Below, in pieces: positions 1-13,760 of a DNA stretch of 64,000 nucleotides (position 1 is its first letter; the number at the start of each line of letters is the position of its first letter). The notes below the pieces were generated by a model. The model was given only the letters and a program-made list of their open reading frames with translations. It was not told where the DNA came from and did not search any database. The position numbers were made by a program, and so were the translations under genes. Source of the stretch: Octopus vulgaris. Lineage: Eukaryota. The stretch spans positions 37,076,001 through 37,140,000 of the forward strand of contig OX597815.1 of assembly GCA_951406725.2 (NCBI GenBank), read 5' to 3'.

Positions 1-620
1 GACTTATTTATAATGGAAAATGACTCTTGAAAATCAATTTGAATAGTTCCATGGAAAACTTGGAAGGATAATTGCTATAACTGCAAAGCAAGATGGTAAA
101 GGAATGACATAGGAACAGGCTCCAAGGAAAGTATATTATGTGATACAGGAGATTACAGGGAGCTAAAGAAGAGATAAAACATGAAAAACGCAAAGTCGGG
201 TAGAAAATAAAATTCTAACAAAAAATAATCTAGTATCAGTAGAAAAGGCTTTTGGAGAAATATTGAAAGGAAATTTTACCAACAACTGAAAATGAACATA
301 AGGAAGATCATGTTCCAAATGCTGAAGCAGCGAGGAACGTTTGGTAATATATTTGGAACAAAGAATTTCAACACAACAACGAAAAGGACTGATTACAGGG
401 ATTTCAGAGCGAAATGGAAAAGAAGCGAATGCAAATATTACAAAAGACACAGTAAAAAAGATACTTAAAAAGTTAACAAATTAGAAAGCTGCTGAATACG
501 AAGGTTTATAACGAATCCGGTTTCAAAATCTCACAAGCGGTAGGAAACGGTAAGTTCATATAGAAAATGGAACAGCAACGAAGATGGCTAAAGAAACGAT
601 AGTATTCAGACGGTGATTGT
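1..620 (+). mobile_element. Decayed R4/Dong-like non-LTR retrotransposon fragment (region just before RT)
   Basis: Around 465-540 translates KKLTN*KAAEYEGL*RIRFQNLTS, resembling the WKAPGPDG..GFW.K.LT motif. Many stops. Confidence 0.5.
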
Positions 621-756
621 CAATTGTGAGTGCGTCGGACAAATAACTTGGCGGCGTTTGTTCCGCATCACACCAGCTGCCCCATGTTCATGCCACATTT
701 CTGTGGCAAATTTAAAATGAATCCACACACTCTGCTAACATGCCAATCATCATCAC

Positions 757-1155
757 CTTCTTCTTCTTTTTCTTCTTCTTCTTCTTCTTCTTCTTCTTCT
801 TCTTCTTCTTCTTCTTCTTCTTCTTCTTCTTCTTCTTCTTCTTCTTCTTCTTCTTCTTTATCTTCTTCAGCTTCTTCTTCTTCTTCTTCTTCTTCTTCTT
901 CTTCTTCTTCTTCTTCTTCTTTTTCTTCTTTTTCTTCTTTTTCTTCTTCTTCTTCTTCTTCTTCTTCTTCTTCTTCTTCTTCTTCTTCTTCTCCTCCTCC
1001 TTCTCCTCCTTCTCCTCCTCCTCCTCCTCCTCCCCCTCCCCCTCCCCTCCTCCTCCTCCTCCTCCTCCTCCTCCTCCTCCTCCTCCTCCTTCTTCTTCTT
1101 CTTCTTCTTCTTCTTCTTCTTCTTCTTCTTCTTCTTCTTCTTCTTCTTCTTCTTC
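757..1155. repeat. Compound (TCT)n/(TCC)n/(TCT)n microsatellite
   Basis: Directly visible. It explains the homopolymeric ORFs at 630-1552. Confidence 0.97.
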
Positions 1156-1830
1156 CACGCCGGAAATGCTTAGGTAGGTCTGTCTGAGATGCGTTGCGTG
1201 TGGAGCAACGAAACCGTACTGCACGCACACTTGCAATTTCCAGGAATTGTCGACTTGTGGAGTTAAGTGGAACAGCTATAGTCGCGTGGAAGGCGAATCC
1301 TACAATCGGCTGAGTCCATCGTGAGGATCGCTCCATCGCTCCGCAAGGCAGGGCAGTGGAGGGCAGGGTAGTGCTTCTCTGTCTAGTGGCTATGGTGAAA
1401 TGGAGTCTGTGGTGCACGAGGTCGAAAGAATTGAGGACAGCCACCTTCCTCCTCGGTAAAGCTCTCATCGACATTTTAAAGCTCCACCTGGAAAGGGAAG
1501 TAGAGATGGGGAAAGTAATCTTTCTCAACCAAGTTGTAAGTGACTGAAGCAAAATGGGCTGGGGTGAATGGACTTATTCCAAGCATGCGCCTGTAGGCTG
1601 GACGACAATAGTTTCGCTAGTGTTTGCGCCTTTGGTAGTAAGATTGGTCCTGGATATGAGGGGTTCCTTAAAAGGCTTCAGCTGGTGCTTTTCCTGTAGC
1701 AGGAGCACAGCATCCTATCTGTGGTTTAATATTTTTGTAAACTAGGTATTCTTTTATCACATTCGGATCTCGTTTCCATTTCTTCACCGTATCTTTTTTT
1801 TTTTTGTAAACTTCAATACAAGCTGTAAGG
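1156..1830 (+). mobile_element. Tx1/L1-like LINE 3' fragment (zf-RVT region and 3' UTR)
   Basis: Frameshifted VCLRCVACG..NETVLHAHLQFPGIVDLW, a C..C...ET..H zinc-knuckle pattern, followed by VKWSLWCTR (W..R motif). Confidence 0.6.
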
Positions 1831-2115
1831 TGTTCTTGTTATATCTTCTTCATTAGATACCCCTGAGGCAAATACAAGACATTGGTACCACGACGACGAC
1901 GACCACCACCACCCCCACCATCATCACCGCCGCCGTCCAAGAATTTGGACCTATAGATCTCCATTTCCAGCGACTTCGAGGGTCACCTCCCAGTGGTGTC
2001 GGGCATCAACGAAGAGTCCTCGACTACAACAAGATGACCAAAGTATTTTTCCAAGGTCTGGGGTCTCCCGCCCCTAAGCCCTAGACCTAATCACCCTTAC
2101 CCGTCTTGTTGTTTA

Positions 2116-2121
<6 letters not shown>

Positions 2122-2204
<83 letters not shown>
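2122..2204. repeat. (ACT)n microsatellite
   Basis: Directly visible. Confidence 0.97.
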
Positions 2205-2206
<2 letters not shown>

Positions 2207-3237
2207 AATTTTATATTTGCATGAGTTAATACATGTATACTTTATGAAAATTAATCAATTGCATTTTGAAACACACGCACGGACGCACGTACGCACACAT
2301 AAGCAACCACCCACGAATGGCAATACACTTGCATATCTGCTTTCGACGATGATTTTTATGGAATTTTATCTGTATAATCCTTGTTCAAAGTATATATTTT
2401 ATCCACACTATAGTAAAGGTAAACGATGGTATTAAATTGAATATTTGCATGAAGATATACATACGAACATACATATATACGTACGTACATACATACATAC
2501 ACATACATACATACATACATACATACATACATACATACATACATACATACACATATACATATATACATGTGTGAGAATGTTGCTTCTTTCTTCGAAATGT
2601 ATGTCATATCTTTGAACTTTATGATGTGTCAGTGTCTGTCTAAGAATCAAATATATTTGATTGCAATTCCGATAAAAATTTCAAATCCGATATTATAAAA
2701 TTATAACTTCAAATGTCAATAACATTTTTAAAAAAATTGCAAGTTTCGAAATGTTTCAAATTTATATAATTTATATAATATTGAAAATATTTGATGAAAA
2801 CAGTTTGAACGTAAAAAGTCTTAATAATTTTTTTGTTTTCGCGACATTCAAATTTTTATAATCTTTATCGCGGAAGTTGGTCATAAACGACATGTTTAAT
2901 TAGCTAGAAATACAATTTTGAATCTTTAATCTGAATATTAACTTGTTCCCCTATAATTACTGTAAAAATAATTATGTGTGTTCGTTTATTTTATTAATAA
3001 TGCTACTAGGCACAGGATTGATTGCGTGCTTAAAATTTTCGTTTCGCAAGCATGTGTTTCTAGGTTTCATTTCACTGCGTGGTACCATAGATAAGAATCA
3101 TGTACTGTAGCCTCTGTTTCGCACAGTCTAAGAGAAATTTTTGCCAAGGGAAACTGTTCGGAAGACAAGATTTTAGCGTGTGCGTATGCACACATACACG
3201 CAAACATACTCACATACACATATACTTACAAGCAGAG

Positions 3238-3422
3238 CTACCTACCTACCTACCTACCTACCTACCTACCTACCTACCTACCTACCTACCTACCTACCTA
3301 CCTACCTACCTACCTACCTGCCTACCTGCCTGCCTACCTACCTACCTACCTACCTACCTACCTACCTACCTACCTACCTACCTATCTACCTACCTACTTA
3401 CCTGCCTACCTACATACATACC
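3238..3422. repeat. (CTAC)n microsatellite
   Basis: Directly visible. Confidence 0.97.
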
Positions 3423-3806
3423 TTTATGCATTCACAGATACACACACATATACATACTATTATATATATATACATATATATATATATAAAGAAGTTTGAA
3501 AACGCCACTATATAAGATAAATTTTTTTTTTCTTAGAGATTTCACATGTTTCCGTTCTTGAAAAAACGAACCTGCTCAAAAATAATTTTAAAAATTAAGT
3601 GTAATAAAAAAGTTAATACTTGTTTCTTACTAGTCTCAACAGAGTCCACGTGGTGGTTTTTTTGTGGGAGTGGGGGGAGAGCTTAATGGCTGTCTTTTCC
3701 GTTGACTAGATTCGTTTGACTGAAATTGTGAAAATGACCAGCGGCCGAAATAGCAGTAGTAGCAGTGACTGTTGGTCGTAGTAGTAGTGACCGTGGTGGT
3801 GGTGGC

Positions 3807-3851
3807 TGGCGACCTACGTGGTGAGGCCACTAGATTCTAACGAATGTTGTT

Positions 3852-3899
<48 letters not shown>

Positions 3900-3944
3900 A
3901 ACAATATTCGTTGGAATCTAGGGGTCTCAGCACGTAGGTCGCCA
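3807..3944. repeat. Palindrome centred on (TA)n with about 50-bp imperfect arms
   Basis: TGGCGACCTACGTGGTGAGGCCACTAGATTCTAACGAATGTTGTTTCTGA-(TA)n-TCAGAAACAATATTCGTTGGAATCTAGGGGTCTCAGCACGTAGGTCGCCA. Confidence 0.9.
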
Positions 3945-4149
3945 TAACTGACTAAGTACCATAACATAGGGTTCACAGTGAGGCAAAACAACCTTGATGT
4001 ATCATATGTTGTTAGTATACTGCAGGCACACTACCAACACATGGCACCTCATTGCTGTTTTACCTCATTGATATATAAGTGCCAATCTAACTAGGAAAGG
4101 TAAAACCTTGATGACGACCTATCCAACAAATAACATGTTGAATATGTGA

Positions 4150-4672
4150 TACCGTAAACCCTCGAGTATAATCCGCATTTTTTCCCAAAAATTTAAAGGT
4201 TAAAATCCCTAGTGCGTACTATATACGAGGTTAAAAATGAAAATTATTTTCTAAGCAATGTCCGAGTCTCTATTTGCTGTCCGGCAATGTTTATTCAGAC
4301 GCATTTTGTGTTGTCGGGCGCGAAAATACCTTAAGCTAAGCCTGAAAGGAATGAAGTCATAAAAGAATCATCCATAACTTGCAATAAGCAACATTTATTA
4401 AACGTTATTAGTTATTAGTGTTATTTCTTTATTTTCTGCAAACAAAATGCACAAAAAAGCTACACGTTTGCATTATGTTATATATACAATAATAATAAAG
4501 GACGTTACCGTATACATTTTTACAAACCAAGGACGTTATATAGACCTCCTTGACTCAAGTTAGAGAAGGAGTGCGTTTTATACACAAGGTTTAGGTTTTT
4601 CAGAGGTACAGCCCCCTAAAAAACCCCTGCGTATTATACTCAAGGGCGGACTATATTCGAATATTTACGGTA
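4150..4672. mobile_element. Pogo/Tigger-like MITE
   Basis: TIRs TACCGTAAACCCTCGAGTATAATCCGC and GCGGACTATATTCGAATATTTACGGTA, with TA at both ends and no ORF. Confidence 0.8.
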
Positions 4673-5105
4673 TTTTAAAATAGGACATTAACATTTTTAT
4701 GTATATATGTATACTTATGTATAAGTGTATATGGGTGCATATGTCTGTATGTGTGTGAGTGTCCACTAGAGTGAAATGTTGACGTTTTTATGTCTTTCTG
4801 CTGCCCAAAACCTGCTTCTCACTTAACCGACACGATATCTTCCTAGAAATGATTTGACTACAGCCTACCTGTTTGCAGACACTCCTTCATATCAAGTTAA
4901 ACTAATTAAGATAACTGCTTTAAATGATAAGAATGTTTTAGCCCCATTGTTTTTCGCATGCCCGTTATACTTCTGATATCTTTATAAATTCGAATGTTCA
5001 TTTTCAAAATACCACATATTAATCATGTTATTTGTTGGACGGGTCATCATCAAGATTTTATCTTGCCTGCTTATACTTGTTTAAAATTTTACCTGAGGAT
5101 TGTAG

Positions 5106-5193
<88 letters not shown>

Positions 5194-5924
5194 ACATGTA
5201 TGTATGTGTATGCATGTGCGTGTCTATGTGTGTGTGTGCGTGTGTAAATTGATCTCTATCGGTTTCATCGTTCAGTATTCTTTTGTTCAAGCTAATGAAT
5301 TGCCTGCTCTTTGATGGGTTTCTGATGGGTTTCTATACGGTTTACGTCAATCCAATTTCACTCACACAAATTACGTTCTTGAACATTGCGTATCCACACA
5401 ATTTTTTCAAAGAAATATTCTGCAATATATGTATGTATTTCGTACACGTTATAACAAATATTGATCTAGATGTCATGCATATTGATAGAGCGTAATAATA
5501 TTTTTGTGAAGACTTATGCTTTTGTATATGAGCAAAACTGTGACTTGTTTTCTGTGGAATGACATTCTATAATGTTTTTTGTTAGGATAAAATACTTCAA
5601 AGAAATGTAGTAGGTTGTGCTTCACCCGAATGGTTGCGCTGTTTGACTATCTGGTTGTGGATTTGGGAAAAAACTTTTGCTGACTTATATCTAAGAGTTG
5701 TTTTTATTAATTTATAGGTGCTGAATCTTAAAAATTATATTGGTTTTTGCCTATCAATTAAAATTTTGTTCTGCAAAGTAACCCCATCTTTTAAAAATCA
5801 ATGCGGGAGTACTCAGTCACATCAACACTATCCAATGCGTAGTTTGGTCGCATGCAATATATTAAAAGCATTGATACTGACATGATTTGAAGATCATTAA
5901 TTAGAATTGATATGTCTAACTCAA

Positions 5925-6447
5925 TGCTCTTTTGAGTGATGAAGGGGTTCTTCTCATGGACTGGTCAGCTCAAAGTCTCGATCTCAACCCTATAGAAAAC
6001 GTTTGGAAGATTATTGGAGACAGGGCTCGAAGGAGAAATCCAAAGAACTAAGATGGTCTCTGGGAATTATTGAAAAACGAATGGAACAACATTACTCCAT
6101 CATTTTGCAAGAAATTAATTCAGTCCTGCAGTAACAGATATCAGGAGGTCATTGATAGTAAAGATATATTCACAAAATATTAATAGTAAGGGTTTCGTTT
6201 TTGTTCTTGTTCCATATATCATTGTTTTTCTAAGTGACCCTTAACTTTTGGTCATTGCAGTTTGGAAGCTTATTTGTTTATTTCCTCATAACTTACGAAA
6301 TATTTATTCCATTCACTTGAAACTTTCACGAAAGATTGATATTAGATGTATCAAAATTTGTGTTAAATTAACGTTTTGTTAATCTTCTATAGTAAATATT
6401 TCAATATACTTGTTCTTACTGAGCCTTATATTATGGCCGCTACTGTA
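5925..6447 (+). mobile_element. Tc1-like transposon 3' fragment
   Basis: MDWSAQSLDLNPIENVWKII matches the Tc1 WP.QSPDLNPIEN.W motif. Ends in a TIR-like ...GGCCGCTACTGTA. Confidence 0.8.
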
Positions 6448-7709
6448 TATGAGTGTACGTATGTGTGCTTATACAAACAAGACAGGCATACACATTCATA
6501 TATATAATATCTATCTGTATATAATTAAAAAATATAACGAAGTAAAATAAATAATTCAAATAGGTTAAGTCGATGAATTAAGTAAAAGGCCCATGAAAGG
6601 AACGTTGTATGCAAATTTTTTCTTACTTGAAATGAATTGAAATTTGCCTAGTGACAGTTGTTAGAGATTCCTAAAGAATAAGTGAGGTTAATCAAGAAAT
6701 CAAGAATTATGGAAGGAAATTTGCTTTTTCTGGGTAAGTGAAATCTGATTTTTATGAGCAGGCAAGAATATAAACATAGACATGTTTCTCTACATTAAAT
6801 CTCATTAGCATAATATAGTATGAGGAAGCCTAAACACAAATGTTTACATAAAGAAAATTGCAAATAATTTTTGACTTGCATAATTTGCATAACTAAAGGT
6901 ACAATGGAAATAGCATAATTGAGCCAATGATATGAATTTGGATAATTCAATTCCCTTTAAGTTGAGGAAAGAAAATACTTAGGCGCAGATGTGAAGGAAT
7001 GTCAAAGAAAGAGGAAATAATTTCAAGACATCAGTTAGTTTCTCAAATCTAATTTTCATGTATAGATGTCTGAAAGTCTGTTCTCTTATAATCATTAGCA
7101 GAGATACAGATTAATCAAACCTGCTGATCAGTTAACATAAATTTTGACATTCAGAGATGAAAGTTATGAATACTTGCTTGAGAATACCTAAACATTTTCG
7201 CTAGGTTTTTGTTTTCTTTCTCCTTCTAAGACAAAAATTTCTATTTATAATGAAATTCTGGCGTACGACGTTCCGTATATCACCTCTTAGTTATCTCTAT
7301 AGAATGTCCTCTATATCTCCTTTCCACCCTACTCGCTCTCTCTCTGTGTATGTACACGTTCGCTCTCTCTCTCTCTCACACACACACGGACGCGCGCGCG
7401 CTGTGATAGATGGTTCTCTGTTGGTTGGACGATCAGTATTCAGTTGGTCGATCAACTGTATTGGGTCTTTTCTGTTGTGGTCACAGATTTTGAAATTTTA
7501 AAATTAAGTGAAGAATTTTAAATTTGATAAATTTTGAAAAAAACATAACAATGAAAGTTGTAAGAAGTTTTGAAATTTTAATAAGTTTTAATGAATAAAG
7601 TCGTGTGAAACGGTGGATCAAGCATGCAAATAATTTAAACAAGAAAAATCCCCAACGAAGGTTTTTGTGAAACATTACACACCCCTCCAAAAAATCTAAC
7701 AAACTGTAC

Positions 7710-7801
7710 GTTAGGGTCTAGGTTTAAGCTTAGGGTTCAGGTTTAAGGTTAGGGTTTAGGGTTAGGCCTAGGGTTTAGTGTTAGGGTTTAGTTTAGGGTT
7801 T
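7710..7801 (+). repeat. Degenerate TTAGGG/TTTAGG-like tandem repeat
   Basis: About 90 bp of imperfect TTAGGG-type units. Confidence 0.8.
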
Positions 7802-8399
7802 GGATTTGACTGCTCGCCAAAAGAATTAAATGGGCTAAAAGAACACAAACATTGTTGCCAGTCCCTTTTTACACAATTTTCGTTTAGGGATAACACACTT
7901 CTCTTGAAAGTGAAGAATCTCATTCTCTTCGGTTTCACTTTCTCCATCAAACTCGAAAGACTAAACGGGTTGGTTGCAATCATACTTGTGTTTATGCCGA
8001 AACGGGCCAGGAAAACGCAGTTAAAAAATTATGAAGGTAAAACAGTGACAGGACGCAACCAGAAAACGATGTACAAAAGTCCCAAAAAATAGGCAATCGT
8101 GAAAGAACATACACAGGTAAAGAAAATACACGTGGAGGTGGTTTAAGCAGACTATAGTTTCGCTTGTTACTATGGAAACGGGCACCTTTGTGTTTGTAGC
8201 TTTTGTTCGGTTAAAATTGTTCAAATTCTGCAAACTTTAAAAGCCATCAACTTTTATTTATTGATTGGCAAAAATTAATTTCGTTTTCATAATTAGCATA
8301 CAAGACTAAATCAGTGAAAACAATTGGGACAAAATTTAAAATTGTGAAAGCAACAGAAAAGATTCACTGAATTAACTGCCCATTGAATTAACATACTCT

Positions 8400-8603
8400 C
8401 TCTCTTTCTCTTTTACTTGTTTCAGTCATTTGACTGTGGCCATGCTGGAGCACCGCCTTTAATCGTGCAAATCGACCCCAGGACTTACTTTTTGTACGCC
8501 TAGTACTTATTCTATCGGTCTCTTTTGCCGAACCGCAAAGTTACGGGGACGTAAACACACGAGCGTCGGTTGTCAAGCGAATTTGGGGGGGGGGGGGGAC
8601 AAG

Positions 8604-8648
<45 letters not shown>

Positions 8649-8828
8649 CATATACACAAATATGACGGGCTTCTTTCAGTTTCCGTCTATCAAATCCACT
8701 CACAAGGCATTGGTCGGCCTGAGGCTATAGTAGAAGACACTTACCCAAGGTGCCACTCAGTGGGAATGAACCCGGAACCATGTGGTTGGTAAGCAAGCTA
8801 CTTACCACACAGCCACTCCTACGCCTAT
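8400..8828 (-). mobile_element. tRNA-derived SINE, family S2, near full length
   Basis: Head ATAGGCGTAGGAGTGGCTGTGTGGTAAG (A box) and GGTTCATTCC (B box), internal (CA)/(TA) tract, tail CCAGCATGGCCACAGTCAAATGACTGAAACAAG. Related copies near 16165-16360, 31400-31660, 48465-48890, 51410-51540 and 63690-64000. Confidence 0.85.
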
Positions 8829-9100
8829 GTAACTAAAAATTCCACAGACACACGTGTCATTAATGTAATTCTCAGGCAGATTACATGTAACACAATGTGT
8901 GGTAAGGCTTTGTCTTTAAATTACAGGTACAATCTATCTGACGGGTTTTTTATAGCGTTTCCAACTGCCCAGCTTGAAAAATTTCTCTTAAGAGAAAAAG
9001 AAAATGACAAATTGCACAAAATGCCATGCAATATGATCGAATTCGGAACCTCATGGTCGAGCAGTTAATTCCTTAACCATTCGACCACTCTGCGGTGCTT

Positions 9101-9141
<41 letters not shown>

Positions 9142-10189
9142 TGTGTGTCTTGTATGTATAAAACGTTACTCTGCATTTTGAATTTTAGTTCTGTCTGTTT
9201 AGACATATTTTATATAAATTTCGAAATATACTCAAGTTGCTGGGTTAAATGGTAGCAGTTGTAGCTGAAGCGAAGAATTGCTACGCACGATTAAAGCTGT
9301 TCTGCTTCTTGAGATCTGATGGAAATCACGGCAGTATAATTAAATGTCATTCCCATGATATTTATTACTGTCACTCTCTACTGTGTTTCATAATGCTGTC
9401 TGGTTACTGTCAATGTTATTGTCAACTTATTTCATTAATATTAGGAAACGTAATTATTGTTATATTTTTATTGGTTTTGTCTGGAGGAAAACTTCCAGAT
9501 CGACGTTAGATTTCGCAATTATTGTAGGGTGTCGAGCAGAATACTTTACAGTATTTAAACTCCTCTTTTTTGTTTTATATTTTACGTTCAAGAGCAGCCG
9601 AGGTCGACTATCTTCTTTATCCTTCTATCGTCCATGAAATAAAGTATCATTCAAATACCAGGGCGGAAATAATTGATTGACTCCTTCCTTTAAATTTCTG
9701 GTATTATGAAATTGCGCCTTCATCAACTTTGTCGTTCATCCTATCAGAAATCGAGAAAATTAATTACCAGCCAAGCACTGTGATAAATGTAATCAACTAA
9801 CATTATGTCATCAATATTGCTGCTCGTTGAGGGGCATCACACATGAACTAAGATGGGGGAGATCCGTTTCAGCAGATGTCGACGACATCACTGTAGTGGT
9901 GTCGAAAAGCAAACGTATTGAGATAATCGGCAACGCTTTCAGGGAGTACAGAACGGTAACAAGAGTGCAAATGAACTAGGAAAAGTCAGTGGAATTGCTG
10001 CCTGGCACCCGGAGAGGAAAGTACATGCCATTCATCTGTATCGTTGGGCACTGGTTAAATTGCTCGGGATCTGGTTCGGTGCTCATCTCTAGATGGACAA
10101 AAACTAGGACGGATTAGTAAGAAAGGTGACTACTCTCACCCAGAGATGGTCAGTGTTCATAATCTTATTTTTCAGTGTTCCTTTCTTCA

Positions 10190-10890
10190 GCTAATCCCAC
10201 CTATGTTTTCCAGCAACTTCTGTTGTGGCTACATAGAATTGTGTAGTCCTTTGTTGCATAATGCTTCTTCATGTTCTTTTTGTGCTTCTTCCTTTGTTTT
10301 TCTGTTTTTATTAGCTTTCAATACTCCCACATTCCCATCTGACACAAGCAAAGTTTCCTTACTTTGAGATCGGTATCTCATTAAGCTCTCGAGTCCGATA
10401 CGTACACAATCTTCCAAACTTACCAGTCCCCTTCCTACATTCGCTCTCTTCATGTTTGGCGATCAGTGGCTGCACGTGGATGATGGGCTCCATGCATCGT
10501 AAGGAGCTTTCTTGTCTTCCTGTCCAACCTTTTTAGACCCATCTCTGTTCACTTGAAGATGTCAGCACCATACCGAACTACTGTGACTGGGTACGAATTT
10601 ATGTTTCTGGCATTCAACTTTGAAGCCAATATTCTTCTCAATCGTCTCAGGTACACATTTGTTGTCTTATACATTTCCACTTTATTCTACGTCTTCGCTG
10701 TCGCCATTCATTTTTCTATTCTCACTAGGCACGTTATCTGCCGATGAAGTATTATTACTGTTTTTACTTACCTTTCTTTTTCCTCTTCAATTTCTATATC
10801 TGTTAACCATGCCTTATTGTTCTTGCTTGGTCGGCTAGCCGTTGCTTACTTATCTCGAAAAGTCTTATTTCATTTTATTTTGCTTTCATT
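10190..10890 (-). mobile_element. R4/Dong-like LINE fragment (RT C-terminal part)
   Basis: LDRKTRKLLTMHGAHHPRAATD and KRANVGRGLVSLEDCV motifs, with frameshifts. Confidence 0.75.
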
Positions 10891-10894
10891 CGTT

Positions 10895-10976
10895 ATAATA
10901 ATGATAATAATAATGATAATAATAATAATAATAAAATTAATAATAATAATATTAATAATAATAATTATAAATAATC

Positions 10977-11016
<40 letters not shown>

Positions 11017-11018
11017 CG

Positions 11019-11107
<89 letters not shown>

Positions 11108-11110
11108 TAA
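10895..11110. repeat. (TAA)n microsatellite
   Basis: Directly visible. Confidence 0.95.
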
Positions 11111-11355
11111 ATTCACACAAATACATAACAAAAACACCAGGACTTACAATTCAGACAAATACATAACAAAAACACCAGGACTTACAAACACATATAACAT
11201 ACAGAAAATTGCACTACTAGGCACTGCACACATCCTACGCAGAACACTTTCCATACAATAACCATCAGAGCATCACAACAAATCACAGCACATACCCAAG
11301 GCACACAGAGCTGTGCTCGGTAGTGAAGTGAAAGCACGCTATAAAAATAAAAATA

Positions 11356-11360
<5 letters not shown>
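11110..11360 (+). mobile_element. 5'-truncated R4/Dong-like LINE 3' end inside (TAA)n
   Basis: Encodes PGLTNTYNIQKIALLGTAHILRRTLSIQ*, the end of the REL domain, plus a 3' UTR. (TAA)n on both sides. Confidence 0.8.
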
Positions 11361-11403
<43 letters not shown>

Positions 11404-11426
11404 TATTATTATTATAATGATTATTA

Positions 11427-11610
11427 AGGCTGCGAGCTAGGAGAATCGTTAGCACGCCGGGCAAAATTCTTAGTGGCATTTCATCCGTCTTTAAGTTTTG
11501 AGTTTAAATTCCACCGAGGTCTACTTTGTTTTTCATTCTTTCAAGGTCGATGAAATAAGTATCAGCTGAGCATTGTGGTTGATGTAATCAACTTAGCCTG
11601 TCCCACCAAA
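11427..11610 (+). mobile_element. SINE family S3 (Nin/Deu-domain-like core)
   Basis: AAGGC.GCGAGCT head, GAGTTTAAATTCC B box, and a core of the GCCTTTCATCCTTTCGGGGTCGATAAAATAAGTACC type. More than 10 related copies in the window. Confidence 0.75.
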
Positions 11611-11639
11611 CTGCTTTCCTTGTGCCGCACAGTATCCAG

Positions 11640-13760
11640 TATTGTGATGTCGATTGAAGATCTTGTGTGTTTCGCGGATTTGTTGTCTATCAAGTCAAGT
11701 ATGCGTGCAGTTCCAAATAAAGCCGATTTTTGCCACAAACCAAGATTGTAGGGTATTTCTAAAGTGTCTAGGTGAGTCTTCACTGCATTGAACCCAATGC
11801 TTCGATGACCACAAGAGCAATCTTTATGTTTGACTCTCTCAAATACCGATCTCAATTTTCAGGAATCCATATTTGTCGACCTTTTCTCTTTCTTTCACGA
11901 CAATATATTAATATCCTTGCACTGCCACGTCGATTATTGGGCACTCTTGCTTGTCCCTGCTAAAGGCTACTATATCTGGCCTTCAGTGCTCTAAAATTTA
12001 GTCTGTCTTGAAGTCAAACTCTCAGAGGATCTTTGCCTTCCCATTTTAGTCCATTACCTTTTCAAGTGTATGTTGGTGCCAAGCACCCATTATCCCGTAT
12101 TCATACTTCCGGCACAATAGACAGTGAAAATTTCGGGCTACCTTGATATGTCTATGCTTGTGCTCTTTCTGTACAAGACTTTCACAGGCACAAATTCTGC
12201 AGAGGTTCGTTGCACTTGTGTCGTGCATATCCCTTTTTACTGAGTTGGTATTCAATGCTTGGTCCTGGGCAGCAATGATTAAGGCTTTCATTATTCTTTT
12301 TAAGGTCACCCTTGTTGAGCCACAGCCATGTTGTTTCCTGGTCTTTTAAGTTGTCAGTTTTATGGAGGAACAGATCATGTAATTCCGTGCAAAGTAGAGT
12401 TTCTTCTTTCTCGTTCGCTATTCGTGAGAAGAAGCCATTACAACTCTCAACTCCATTGTTTTGAGTAGTGCGATCGAGTTGGTCAATCTTTGCTCATGTC
12501 CATTTCAGAATTGGTACAATATAGTGGACTACAGTGACAACCTACATTTTGATGGCAGTCACAAAGTTCCTTGCATTGATTTTTGTCTTGAAGAGAAGTT
12601 TGAAGCGGTTCAAATACGCAATGGGGACCATGTCTTTCATTTCAGCTCCAGGGTGCTGAGGTCCTTGTATCACTATCATCCGGGTTTCCCATTCGCTCTC
12701 CGTTTCGCAATCCTATGTCCTTGCAATCTGCTCTTCTCCCTCGTTTCAAACTAAATACTGCACACTTTGAGATCACGAATTACTTTCCTATATCCTTGCT
12801 GCACGCCTGTACAGTCTCAACCAGCGTCCCCATTCCAAACCCACGAATGCGGCAATATGTCATCTATCTAGGCTATGCACAAGTTTTTTGTTATCGTTTG
12901 CAGTTATTCATGACGTTCCTTGGTGTCCTTGTATCCTTTATAGTATCCCTTTTGTTCTACTGGGAGTAGATTGTTTTCTGCAAGGAACGTATATATTTTC
13001 CTTGCAATGATGCCTGAGAACATTTTATTATTATAATTATCAATCAGCACCACACATAGAATCCATGCTATAACTGATTTTTTTGTTCTCGAATTTGTTT
13101 ATTTTCGTCGATTTGTACTGTTCAAATAATGATATTTTTTCTTAGTTGCCGAGGCATCTACCGAAGAAGTCACTCACCTTTTTAACAACAAAATTCCTTT
13201 ATCGCGTGTTAACTATGTTTTGTGTGTACTATGTTATCCAGTTGGCAGTTTCTTTGTTATGTGGGTTGCATTATTTTATTGCACAGTTACTTTGTGATGA
13301 ATATTATTGAATTGAAATCTGCTTTGCGTATGATGTGGACTTGTAGCTTGAAGGAATGTTTTAGACTGCGTAGATTTGGGCCTCCTAGTAGGGTATTTAT
13401 GTTCTTCTTTATGTTATCTACTCTAATTATTATTGTTATTGTTTTTTATATACTGTACAACCAGTTTACTTAAATTTCATGATCTTTGTTTGACACTTTT
13501 CCATCTCCTCTCTGGCGATCTTTGGGTCGTAAGGGGTCGAAATGTTTGTTGATAGTTTTCGACTTTCAATAGATCAGACAACTGGAAATTAAGCGCTCAA
13601 ATCCCTGATTGGACTGTAGTCTTGGTCTGTACTTGATTTTAATTTCTTATTACATCAGTTTCCTCTTCTAATGTAGTATCTTTCATTGAATCTGAGTAAC
13701 TAAAGCCAGACTTCTATTTCCAGAGTTCTTTGGCCATTGTTCGTGTTAGGCTTTAACCGT
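11640..13760 (-). mobile_element. Decayed R4/Dong-like LINE (zinc finger and REL endonuclease)
   Basis: ALIIAAQDQALNTN...CRIC...HKHRHIKVA and LGLWQKSALFGTARIL motifs. Confidence 0.75.

Noticed and set aside
630-1236. Long poly-S/E/K/F/R ORFs, and similar YI, HT, poly-Y and poly-I ORFs throughout the window
   Set aside because: They are translations of microsatellites.
7710-7801. True telomere
   Set aside because: Short, degenerate and internal.
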